This document shows positions 19,541 to 27,390 of a stretch of DNA of 34,209 nucleotides, piece after piece (position 1 is the stretch's first letter; each line of letters opens with the position of its first letter). Source of the DNA: a virus. Taxonomy: Duplodnaviria > Heunggongvirae > Uroviricota > Caudoviricetes. The position numbers and the translations under genes were made by a program. Under the pieces are notes generated by a model. That model worked only from the letters and a program-made list of their open reading frames with translations, was not told the origin of the DNA and searched no databases. The DNA is taken from the IMG/VR virus record IMGVR_UViG_2648501321_000004; one strand, 5' to 3'.

Positions 19541-19563
19541 CAAAAAAACCGCTCAGCGGCGGG
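19541..19563 (-). terminator. Candidate tR-prime-like terminator at the start of the late operon
   Basis: Minus strand reads CCCGCCGCTGAGCGG followed by TTTTTTT; short GC stem, so marginal. Confidence 0.35.
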
Positions 19564-19684
19564 TTTAAGTTGTGTGGCGAAGTAACCACTCTTAACACGA
19601 TATAATACTTTTTGCGTACGCGTTAGGATTTTTATAAACTATGCGTCCCCATTCTCGCTATCTTTAGTCGGTCCTGGAATACAC

Positions 19685-20611
19685 ATGAAAGTTAGAAGCA
19701 TAGGATTTACAATAAATAACAATAACAAAAATATTAATACCGTTGACGTAATGAATGCTTTTATCAACGCATCAAACAGAGAACACAGTCGCACAGACTA
19801 TACTCGTAAAATTCTCATTTCGGATGTGAATGATTTCTATTATGGATTAGTTGTCACATTCAGAAACCAAAAAAAGAACTGTAAGTCGCAATTTGTTGAT
19901 GGTAAATTCCAGCTTAAAATTGAAGATCTTCAAGGAAGTGACAAACTTGCTAATTTCAACTTTTTCTTAATTAAAAAATCTAATCTTTCTGGTCTCTATA
20001 TGTATCACCACGGTTCATGCAGTCTGAACACTCTCTTTTCTCATTTAGAAACAATAAGTAATGAATTTATCAGAAATCAAAATAAAGAAGAAATAAAAAA
20101 ACTTGGTGATAAACCAAAACAAAAAGAAGTAACTGCAATAAATAAAAAATACAAAGAAAGACTGACTTTCAGCCTTATGACAAATAAAAACAACATTCAG
20201 AGTGTTTTATGTCAATTCAAAGAGATTAAAAGCACAAGCTTTAAATTTAATTATATAGATTTTAAAGGTGGACCAATGACTGCGCTTGAACAATTTGTTA
20301 ACACCACCACAATAGATATGAATTTTAATTCTAGCGACAGAACAAAAGTGCAACAACTATCTCAGAATCTTTCAAATATTTATAATTCTATGAGTGGAGT
20401 TACTAAAGCACAGGTTATTGCAGTAAACCATGCAGGAATAGAAAAAACCATTGATTTTATGAACTGCCCTGTTTTTTTTGAAACATACGATTTCGATATA
20501 ATTGCCGATAAAGTCAATGGATTGACAAACGATAATTATACAACAAACTCTGTTTTTGATATGATAAAAGAAGAAATGCTGAACGGGACGAATAAAAATG
20601 CCTTTATATGA
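19685..20611 (+). CDS. Cassette gene A: 308-aa soluble Asn/Lys-rich protein of unknown function (candidate sensor/effector of a defence-like module)
   Basis: Long ORF in a strongly AT-rich island on the strand opposite all flanking phage genes; no TM segment; no family recognised. Confidence 0.7.
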   Translation: MKVRSIGFTINNNNKNINTVDVMNAFINASNREHSRTDYTRKILISDVNDFYYGLVVTFRNQKKNCKSQFVDGKFQLKIEDLQGSDKLANFNFFLIKKSNLSGLYMYHHGSCSLNTLFSHLETISNEFIRNQNKEEIKKLGDKPKQKEVTAINKKYKERLTFSLMTNKNNIQSVLCQFKEIKSTSFKFNYIDFKGGPMTALEQFVNTTTIDMNFNSSDRTKVQQLSQNLSNIYNSMSGVTKAQVIAVNHAGIEKTIDFMNCPVFFETYDFDIIADKVNGLTNDNYTTNSVFDMIKEEMLNGTNKNAFI

Positions 20612-21146
20612 ATGGCTAATAAATAAAAGATTGAGGTATCAGTACCTTACACTGCTTGCATTCTCGATCCTGGCATTGCTTGCACTTTACCTATTGTACA
20701 GAAACACACCTAAAGTAAGTGTTAACTTTTTTGATTTTTATCATAAAAACTTACGAGGCTATCTCTTCTCCGGTTTTATTTCCGTGGGCTCATTTTTATT
20801 GAGCCTGCATACCTTTGTCATAATAAATTTACGCGATAAGGTTTTTGCAACTCAGGAATATAAGGAAATTTATAGCATTGCCACTGGTATACCTATTGAC
20901 AAAATCAATGATAGTGTACTTTATAAACCTTTAGACAATTTATCCTCATTTATTAATACATCAATATTATGTTCTATCACAACAGCAATTGCACAATTCA
21001 CTATTGGACTTTCAACTAATTTATATGCATGCTTATTTTGCGTATGGCTTGCAATACTAACGGTATTTCTTTTATTACATTGCCTCATCATAATCAGACA
21101 AAATATTAAAATCTTATTAAAGCAACAGAGAAAAAAAGGGGGGTAA
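20598..21146 (+). CDS. Cassette gene B: 182-aa integral membrane protein with about four TM helices (candidate membrane effector)
   Basis: Hydrophobic segments YLTLLAFSILALLALYLLY, LFSGFISVGSFLLSLHTFVIINL, ILCSITTAIAQFTIGL and LYACLFCVWLAILTVFLLLHCLIII; start overlaps the gene A stop by 14 nt. Confidence 0.7.
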   Translation: MPLYEWLINKRLRYQYLTLLAFSILALLALYLLYRNTPKVSVNFFDFYHKNLRGYLFSGFISVGSFLLSLHTFVIINLRDKVFATQEYKEIYSIATGIPIDKINDSVLYKPLDNLSSFINTSILCSITTAIAQFTIGLSTNLYACLFCVWLAILTVFLLLHCLIIIRQNIKILLKQQRKKGG

Positions 21147-21153
21147 TTCCCCC
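21131..21153 (-). terminator. Rho-independent terminator after Q, shared by the convergent cassette
   Basis: GGGGGG-TAATT-CCCCC hairpin; on the minus strand it is followed by TTTTTTT directly after the Q stop. The cassette gene B stop lies inside the loop. Confidence 0.6.
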
Positions 21154-21158
21154 TAATA

Positions 21159-21500
21159 TTACAACATTGAAAGCACACCATCCAGAAAACCAAGAGCTGT
21201 TTGCAACTCTTTTCTTATTGTCCCATCAGAACACTTCTGCTTCTTTGCAATAGTTCTTAGTGAGATGCCGATAACAAAATGAGCAATAACCAACTCATAC
21301 TCTTCGGGCTTATATTTCCGCAATCGCGCAACACAGCTGTCAATCATGATTCCTTCATCATCATCGCATTGTTGGCGTGTTTTCTTTCCATGAGGTAGTA
21401 AACCTTTAAACCCTGCAGCAACAGGCTGCCAGTCCACACCACTGTTATCTGCTGCAGCCCATGCACCCCAGCGGTCCAATACTTCATACATATCACGCAT
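21159..21500 (-). CDS. Q: Late-gene antiterminator Q (short Q family)
   Basis: MRDMYEVLDRWGAWAAADNSGVDWQPVAAGFKGL...QCDDD...CSDG... matches the conserved pattern of short Q proteins of lambdoid prophages. ATG at 21500 has GGAG 9 nt upstream; track start at 21515 is a GTG. Confidence 0.75.
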   Translation of the reverse strand: MRDMYEVLDRWGAWAAADNSGVDWQPVAAGFKGLLPHGKKTRQQCDDDEGIMIDSCVARLRKYKPEEYELVIAHFVIGISLRTIAKKQKCSDGTIRKELQTALGFLDGVLSML

Positions 21501-21517
21501 CAACTTTCTCCACAAAA

Positions 21518-22513
21518 TCAGGCCAGCACGCCAATTGCCAGTGCACGATCGATAAAACGAAATATCAGCTCCAGCTGGGAGCCATACTTCTCTTCAAATG
21601 CCACGGTATCCGCATGCAGCTCGTCGTGATGCTTTCTGCACAAAGGCAACACAAAGAGGTCATGCGCTTTTGTAGCCATTCCACCCTGACCGTGACCTAT
21701 CAGGTGGTGGGGATCATCAGCAGGTTTTCCACAACATGCGCACGGCTGCGTCTTAACCCATCGCGTGTACTTTTCATTAACCCAGCGGCGACGTTTGGGG
21801 CGTAACATAAAAGACTCCGGCGACTCCGGCTCCACTTTCAGCGCCAGCACCTTTTTCGCCTTATCCTGGATGATGCTGGTGGCAGGAACCGAAGGCACAA
21901 GGTCACTTTCCCGGGTAACAGACGGCACAACAGGCTTCGGTAATCTCAGTGCCTTACGGGCTGCACTTTCCGGTAAGGCATCCGCCAGATCATTACGAAT
22001 CAGCCACCAGCACAGTTCCGGCATTGTCACAACATGACTGTCATCAAAACCGAGATCCCGACGCACAACAGACAACACCCAGCGGGCACTGTTATCCGTT
22101 GCCATTGATTCCAGCCGTTCCGTGAACTGATCGCGCAGCTGGTTATCGCAGTGCCAGCACAAACGGATTGCGCCCGGAGCGTGTCGCATTGTTGTCATGT
22201 TCTCGCTGTGCCAGTCGGTATGAGGCCACTGGCAGCCCTTTTCACGAAGTAACCAGCTTTCAAGACATTCCACGCCACCAGCACGACGGATCACTGCCTC
22301 ATTGCGGAACACGGCCCGAACGGCAGGATCATCCGCCAGCGGTTGTGATGCCGCCGGAACGGCGCCACTGGCGAAAGATGAATAACTTTCCGGCTCAGGC
22401 TCCAGCAGGACACGCCCCTGCATAAACAGGGGCATCAGCTCTGAACCAGGCCTGAACAATACGATCCCCATACGCGGGGCAATTTCAGGGGTCAGTAGTG
22501 CTCTCACGGTCAC
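21518..22513 (-). CDS. DUF968-like nin-region protein with C-terminal Cys/His (HNH-like) motif
   Basis: 331 aa ending in CACCGKPADDPHHLIGHGQGG...CRKHHDELH; typical position upstream of Q. Start is a GTG (alternative ATG at 22471). Confidence 0.65.
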   Translation of the reverse strand: MTVRALLTPEIAPRMGIVLFRPGSELMPLFMQGRVLLEPEPESYSSFASGAVPAASQPLADDPAVRAVFRNEAVIRRAGGVECLESWLLREKGCQWPHTDWHSENMTTMRHAPGAIRLCWHCDNQLRDQFTERLESMATDNSARWVLSVVRRDLGFDDSHVVTMPELCWWLIRNDLADALPESAARKALRLPKPVVPSVTRESDLVPSVPATSIIQDKAKKVLALKVEPESPESFMLRPKRRRWVNEKYTRWVKTQPCACCGKPADDPHHLIGHGQGGMATKAHDLFVLPLCRKHHDELHADTVAFEEKYGSQLELIFRFIDRALAIGVLA

Positions 22514-22514
22514 C

Positions 22515-23324
22515 TCAATGAACGGTATCGAGCAGCTTTAACAGCTCAGTGAATCGGGATTCGAAGAAATGCGGCTGCGTCTCGCGCGGATTTGCAGGAC
22601 TGGTGATGTTCTTGCCGAACATGCAGCCTTTCGCCGTCAGCGACCAGAATTTTTTGATGTTGTTAATCGCTGTACGGCTGTATCGTTCGCGCTGTTCGAC
22701 GATCCCCAGCTTCGCCATCTGGTGATATGCCTGATTAGCCGTCAGGCGGATACCATACTGCTTCAGCAGTGCACTCAGTGACAGCGTGGGGCGGCTTGAG
22801 CCATCAGGCGCGTCAGCAGGAGCATCAATGGCATAACGCGGTGCCAGATTCGGTAAGCCAACAGCCTCCTGGAGTTTCTGACAGGCCCCAAGCACAGATG
22901 AGTTAGACAGATTTAACTCCCGGCGCATAAAGTCCAGCAGAATCACGCCAGCCTGCATCTTGTCAGCAGCCTGTCCGGATAACTTTTCCGGCGCGCTGGT
23001 TACCATATCGAAAGTACGGATCACCTTCAGATGGAATGACGGGCTGATCCACATTGCATAGGCATACACCAGTTCCTTACAGACATACGTTCCCCGTTCA
23101 TTTCCCCCATGAATCACACTCACCGGGTCAACACCCAAATTCTGGGTGTTGATTAATTCATGAACAAGATCAATAGTTTGTTGGCTGGAAAGAAACTTTC
23201 CTGGCTCCTTGGTTCTGGCATTTGCACCAGATGCTACTGCTGCGCGATGCAGATCGTTCAGGCTGTAACGCTCATAAGCATCACGACGAACTTCAATACC
23301 ATCAATGACCATCAGATTATTCAT
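22515..23324 (-). CDS. KilA-N domain protein (antirepressor/Roi-like)
   Basis: N-terminus MNNLMVIDGIEVRRDAYERYSLNDLHRAAVASG fits the KilA-N pattern; GAGGAG Shine-Dalgarno upstream. Confidence 0.7.
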   Translation of the reverse strand: MNNLMVIDGIEVRRDAYERYSLNDLHRAAVASGANARTKEPGKFLSSQQTIDLVHELINTQNLGVDPVSVIHGGNERGTYVCKELVYAYAMWISPSFHLKVIRTFDMVTSAPEKLSGQAADKMQAGVILLDFMRRELNLSNSSVLGACQKLQEAVGLPNLAPRYAIDAPADAPDGSSRPTLSLSALLKQYGIRLTANQAYHQMAKLGIVEQRERYSRTAINNIKKFWSLTAKGCMFGKNITSPANPRETQPHFFESRFTELLKLLDTVH

Positions 23325-23343
23325 ACTTCGTTTCTCCTCTTAA

Positions 23344-23733
23344 TCAGGCAGCTGCACCCGCCGTTTTCTCGTACTTACTGATAGTGATCTCGACCTTCCC
23401 TTCCGGGATAACCGGTCCCCACTCCACCAGCATTCTTTTCACCTGACTGTCGTCTTCCCACACCCCCGCGTGGGTCAGGGCGTCAAACAGCGCCTTGTTA
23501 TAGTTGTCCAGATCGCGGATCCTGTTATCCGGAGGAAACAACACGATCTCCACTGAAGCAGGTGCCGACGTTGGTTTCGGCAGACGACGTAACTGCTCAA
23601 CTATTGCTGCGCACGCCGCGCTCTGGAATTTTCGCCCCGCCGCGCTTATCAGGCTCTTACCAGCAAACGCCCCTTTGTTGGGGTGTCGCCAGTACGTGTT
23701 CACGCTGGGCGGAAAAGGCAGGATCAGCTTCAT
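23344..23733 (-). CDS. rusA: Holliday junction resolvase RusA
   Basis: 129 aa with RusA-like motifs (LPFPPSVNTYWRH..., RDLDNYNKALFDALTHAGVWEDDSQV). Confidence 0.85.
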   Translation of the reverse strand: MKLILPFPPSVNTYWRHPNKGAFAGKSLISAAGRKFQSAACAAIVEQLRRLPKPTSAPASVEIVLFPPDNRIRDLDNYNKALFDALTHAGVWEDDSQVKRMLVEWGPVIPEGKVEITISKYEKTAGAAA

Positions 23734-24056
23734 ACTTTCAGGCCCCTCTCATGTAACCAGTGGGTTGCACGCAGCCTTGCGTTTTCCTCACCGGCAAGCA
23801 GTGAGCGGATAATCCCGACCGCCTCGCTGTCGTCGTCCTTCACCGCGGTATGAAGCGTGATGCCCCGGGCCACGCCACGCTTTATCGTGATGACGCCTTT
23901 TTTCTCCAGTGCGCGAAGATGCTCCACCGCTGCATTCACTGAACGGTATCCCAGCATGGTTGCCACCTCCTGATTGGTTGGCGGGAAGCCACGTTCTTTC
24001 TGATAAGAAATCAGCATATCCAGCACCTGCTGCTGGCATTGAGTTAACGTCGTCAT
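23730..24056 (-). CDS. LexA N-terminal DNA-binding-domain protein lacking the S24 peptidase domain
   Basis: GFPPTNQEVATMLGYRSVNAAVEHLRALEKKGVITIKRGVARGITL resembles the LexA winged-HTH; only 108 aa. Start overlaps the RusA gene (ATGA) and the upstream stop. Confidence 0.6.
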   Translation of the reverse strand: MTTLTQCQQQVLDMLISYQKERGFPPTNQEVATMLGYRSVNAAVEHLRALEKKGVITIKRGVARGITLHTAVKDDDSEAVGIIRSLLAGEENARLRATHWLHERGLKV

Positions 24057-24706
24057 GCCGCCATCTCCCTGACCAGTTTTTCTGCCTGCTGGCGAACCTG
24101 CGCCAGAAAGGCCTCACCACATGCCTCAAGTTCATAGCGCCCGATGTAGCTGATTGCCGGTCCCTTCCAGGTCTTGTCGAAAACAGCAATAGCACCAGCG
24201 AAGAAAGCGCCTGTCGGCACCTGCTTCTCATCCTTCGGGATAAACCAGGCAGGCAGTTCAAAACCAATACGCCCGCGAATAAAAGCAATATGATCTGCAT
24301 CTTCCGGCCACCACACTTCGCTGGTGGCAGCTTTGATCAGGAAAACATAGCGCCCGCCTTTATCACGCATGGCACTGGCATGCTTCATGATGTAACGCAT
24401 GCCGGTGATGTATTGCCCCTCATGCTGACTGGCGCGGCTGTATGGGGGATTACCAAAGGCAGCACCTTTAAGCTCCGCAAGGCGTTCTGACCAGTCATGC
24501 GCCAGCGCGTTGTCTTCCGCCGTGTAATACGCAGCACATTTGGCGTTATCACCGTCAGTAAACAGATCCAGAACAAACGGGCCAAACAGAGTGTTAATTC
24601 CCCAGAAAATGTTGTCCGGCGTGCGCCACTGATCGCCCACTTCCTTCAGTTCATGGGCTGGTTTGTTCCGCAGTTCCGCCAGCGCCTGGCAATATTTATT
24701 ACTCAT
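24053..24706 (-). CDS. Phage Dam-like DNA N6-adenine methyltransferase (NPPY motif), orphan
   Basis: GNPPYS motif; ATG at 24706 overlaps the upstream stop (TAATG). No cognate nuclease nearby. Confidence 0.75.
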   Translation of the reverse strand: MSNKYCQALAELRNKPAHELKEVGDQWRTPDNIFWGINTLFGPFVLDLFTDGDNAKCAAYYTAEDNALAHDWSERLAELKGAAFGNPPYSRASQHEGQYITGMRYIMKHASAMRDKGGRYVFLIKAATSEVWWPEDADHIAFIRGRIGFELPAWFIPKDEKQVPTGAFFAGAIAVFDKTWKGPAISYIGRYELEACGEAFLAQVRQQAEKLVREMAA

Positions 24707-25194
24707 TAAGCCCCCACGTAATTCCCTGAGAGATACCACTCTTCACCTGATGCAGCCCGCTTACTGCTTTTCCGTAAACACCGTTCACGACGCGCCAGAA
24801 AATTGTTTCGTTCTGGCTGGGAGTGGCTTTCACGGAATGCCGCCATCCACACCGTTGCAGCACGACGGTATAAGCCCCTGGACTCCAGTTCTTCCGCCTG
24901 GCGGGTCAGGCACAAAATCACCCGCGAGTCGTTAGTGCCGACATAGAAATTGCGCACAGGTCTGGTTTCACGAACTGGTTGTGGTTCCGGATCCTGCGCT
25001 CTCTCAGTCAGGCGCGGGAAATGTCTGTGTGTATCTCCTTCACAACGGTGAGCCACACGCCCACTCTGACGTAACTTGCTTGCTGACTGCAGAACGCGCT
25101 GCCGTGAGTAACCTGCAAAAGCATCCGCAATGTCTCCGGAAGTACAGCCCGGATGGGCTTCAATGAATTTCTGAACGTCATTCAAAAGACTCAT
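24706..25194 (-). CDS. PerC-family-like transcriptional regulator (tentative)
   Basis: Motif AEELESRGLYRRAATVWMAAF resembles the PerC/Pch signature; ATG at 25194 preceded by GGGGGTG. Confidence 0.45.
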   Translation of the reverse strand: MSLLNDVQKFIEAHPGCTSGDIADAFAGYSRQRVLQSASKLRQSGRVAHRCEGDTHRHFPRLTERAQDPEPQPVRETRPVRNFYVGTNDSRVILCLTRQAEELESRGLYRRAATVWMAAFRESHSQPERNNFLARRERCLRKSSKRAASGEEWYLSGNYVGA

Positions 25195-25196
25195 GA

Positions 25197-26138
25197 TCAC
25201 CCCCTGAATCCTGCCGGGATCTGGCTGTAGTCCACGTTGTCGTAACTGGCTTTGAAGTACGGGTCTTCACGTTTTTCTGTGTGCGTGCTGACGGACGGCG
25301 ATAAGCGCAGGGAAAGCTCATCCCATTTTTCCCGCAACTTCGACGGGCTGAGCACGTTACGGCACCAGAACGGATCGCGGCTGACGCGGCTGTACATCTC
25401 GCAGATTTGTTTGTGAGTACGACCATCCTGCACACACATCAGGCGAATTTCGTTTGCCCATGCTGTCCAGTTCGGTTCTTTGGGACGAACCACCTCGCCG
25501 TCACATTCGGCGGCCTGCTCGTACAGGGCAATGATTTTTTTCCAGAGCCACTGTGCGCAGGTCAAATCATCCTGCGTTCCCCACTGGCGCTTTTTAGGGC
25601 TGAATACAACCGCATCAGGATGGCGAGTTAAAAAATCCTGTTCAGCCGTCTGCGTGTCCGGTTGCGAAGCGTCCGGACGAGAAGGTTTTTTATCTGACGG
25701 ATCATGTTTTGATTTTACTGACGGATCCCCGCCAGATTCTGACGGGTGAAAACCCGCTTTTTTGCCAGATTTCGACGCATCAAATTTTGACGTGTCAGAT
25801 TTTGATGCGTCAGATTTTGACGGGTCAGAATCTGACAGTTGAGAAAATGCCGCTGCCTGAAGCTTCGCAACGTTAAGCTGATAAACATTCGACGCATTGC
25901 GGTTACCCTGGCGACGCGCCTTACGCGTTAACCAGCCTTCTGCTTCCAGCCGTGCGATAGCCGTTCTGACGGTACTCATCCCCGCGCCAATCTGACGGGC
26001 AATAGTTTCAATTGATGGCCAGCACACACCTTCGTCATTACTGAAATCAGCCAGGCGGGCCATAATTGCCACGCTGGATAATTTCATGCCTGACGCAGCG
26101 CAACCATCCCATACATAGCCGGTTAATTTAGTGCTCAT
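25197..26138 (-). CDS. Replication initiation protein (O-like, N-terminal HTH) containing internal iterons
   Basis: 313 aa with an N-terminal HTH-like region and a central SDPSKSDASKSDTSKFDASKSG repeat encoded by the iteron array; GAGGT Shine-Dalgarno. Confidence 0.7.
   Translation of the reverse strand: MSTKLTGYVWDGCAASGMKLSSVAIMARLADFSNDEGVCWPSIETIARQIGAGMSTVRTAIARLEAEGWLTRKARRQGNRNASNVYQLNVAKLQAAAFSQLSDSDPSKSDASKSDTSKFDASKSGKKAGFHPSESGGDPSVKSKHDPSDKKPSRPDASQPDTQTAEQDFLTRHPDAVVFSPKKRQWGTQDDLTCAQWLWKKIIALYEQAAECDGEVVRPKEPNWTAWANEIRLMCVQDGRTHKQICEMYSRVSRDPFWCRNVLSPSKLREKWDELSLRLSPSVSTHTEKREDPYFKASYDNVDYSQIPAGFRG
25686..25841. repeat. Iteron array, about 8 direct copies of a 15-bp unit (consensus AGATTTTGACGNGTC); candidate replication origin
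   Basis: Four exactly 15-bp-periodic copies at 25767..25826 flanked by degenerate copies; lies inside the replication gene as lambda ori lies inside O. Confidence 0.65.
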
Positions 26139-26147
26139 GACCGACCT

Positions 26148-26486
26148 CTATTTCCCTGAATTTACGACGAAACTGTTCGAGCGGGCTGAAGCACTCATGC
26201 TCATAGCCTTCACGGAGGTAGATAACCCGTTGTGTTTCCGGCTCCCAACGAATGACTCTGACGGGCACTCCGTAGTGATCTTTGAACCAGCGGTTAACTT
26301 GTCGCAAAGGACTGTCTCCTTCTGCCGGTTGAAATCCCCCACAGCCCACTCAGCAAAGCTGTGGGTTACAATTTCCCTGTCACCTGGTACATTTACTGCA
26401 TAGCAATACTCCACCTTCGCTTTTCCACCCGGTACAGGAAGCGCAATCAGTTGCGAGCGACGGTAGTGTGTTGTTAAACTGTTCAT
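26148..26486 (-). CDS. Hypothetical protein; probably frameshifted relative to overlapping ORF 26128..26349
   Basis: N-terminal half ([40 protein letters not shown]...) looks protein-like, but the 3-prime half is low-complexity while the other frame encodes a protein-like C-terminus. Confidence 0.4.
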   Translation of the reverse strand: MNSLTTHYRRSQLIALPVPGGKAKVEYCYAVNVPGDREIVTHSFAEWAVGDFNRQKETVLCDKLTAGSKITTECPSESFVGSRKHNGLSTSVKAMSMSASARSNSFVVNSGK

Positions 26487-27040
26487 GCGTTAGTTTCTCC
26501 ACAACCAGAAGCAATCGACGCCACGACGCCCGGAGCTGCACACTCGCGGGCGTCATTACTTTCTGAAACGCAAAAAATTTTGTAGACAAGTGCTGCATGC
26601 TCCTGCAGCTTCGAAATTGAGAGGTACAGCTCGTCGTTAATTGCTGTCTTCTCATGCGGTTCCACTACACCGTCTTCGATTGCCGAACGAATCTGTTTTG
26701 AATAACTGCCGATCTGTTCAATGACTTCCAGTAAACGCTGGTTAATATCGGCATTGTCCACATCCTCGACGTCAGGAAGAGACACAAAGACGCCATTTGC
26801 AGACTGCGCCACAGCGTCGGCAATGAAGTGAGTGCCACCAGCACGTTGTAAAATCATTGCCCATCCCAGCGGGAAAATCTGATCGCCATCGGCACGAAGG
26901 CGGTTAAATAATGCGTTCTCTGTTACATCCAGCCACTCAGCAGCTTCAGCGTAACCCCCCGGCAACGCCGCGATAGTTTTTCTGACAGCTTTCACGTACC
27001 ACTCAGGCTGTTTTTCCACTTTCCAGTGATGATTACCCAC
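26483..27040 (-). CDS. CII-like / YdaT-family regulatory protein (tentative)
   Basis: 185-aa ORF immediately downstream of cro and overlapping it by 8 nt; GTG start with AGGAGG 6 nt upstream. Family assignment is from memory. Confidence 0.45.
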   Translation of the reverse strand: MGNHHWKVEKQPEWYVKAVRKTIAALPGGYAEAAEWLDVTENALFNRLRADGDQIFPLGWAMILQRAGGTHFIADAVAQSANGVFVSLPDVEDVDNADINQRLLEVIEQIGSYSKQIRSAIEDGVVEPHEKTAINDELYLSISKLQEHAALVYKIFCVSESNDARECAAPGVVASIASGCGETNA

Positions 27041-27293
27041 GGCTTACCTCCTGTTCCTGTGGTTTAAACCCATTCTGGTTTTGGCTAGATTGAAAACGTG
27101 CCGGATAAAGAATCTGCATTTCGCTGATTTCATCCTTAAAAAAATTGGCCAGACGTTCTGCAAGATCGATAGATGGAATTTGTTCCAGTCTTTCAATACG
27201 ACTCAGCGTCGCTGGATTGACCTGAACGCCAGCAGCAACATGCTGCAAAGTAAATCCGTGCGCCTTACGCACATTCCGTAATGGTGATTGCAT
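27033..27293 (-). CDS. cro: Cro-like HTH repressor
   Basis: 86 aa, HTH segment GFTLQHVAAGVQVNPATLSRIE; divergent from cI across a 97-bp operator region; GGAGG Shine-Dalgarno. Confidence 0.75.
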   Translation of the reverse strand: MQSPLRNVRKAHGFTLQHVAAGVQVNPATLSRIERLEQIPSIDLAERLANFFKDEISEMQILYPARFQSSQNQNGFKPQEQEVSRG

Positions 27294-27390
27294 ATTACCT
27301 CCACATATTGCGTGATAAGCATATTATTTCACGCAAATATTTTGCGCAAGTTGATTTGCTTAACGCGCAATAAAGAAATGTAATAAACGC
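27294..27390. promoter_or_regulatory. OR-like operator/promoter region between cro and cI (pR, pRM)
   Basis: Repeated palindromic TTGCG(T/C)...CGCAA half-sites; pR-like -35 TTGCGC and -10 TAATAT on the minus strand; cI ATG has no Shine-Dalgarno, consistent with a leaderless pRM transcript. Confidence 0.6.

Noticed and set aside
19445-21160. Shiga-toxin or other known toxin cargo at the Q-to-S position
   Set aside because: The cassette proteins show no A/B-toxin features (no signal peptides, wrong sizes), and the cassette is on the opposite strand to Q-driven late transcription.
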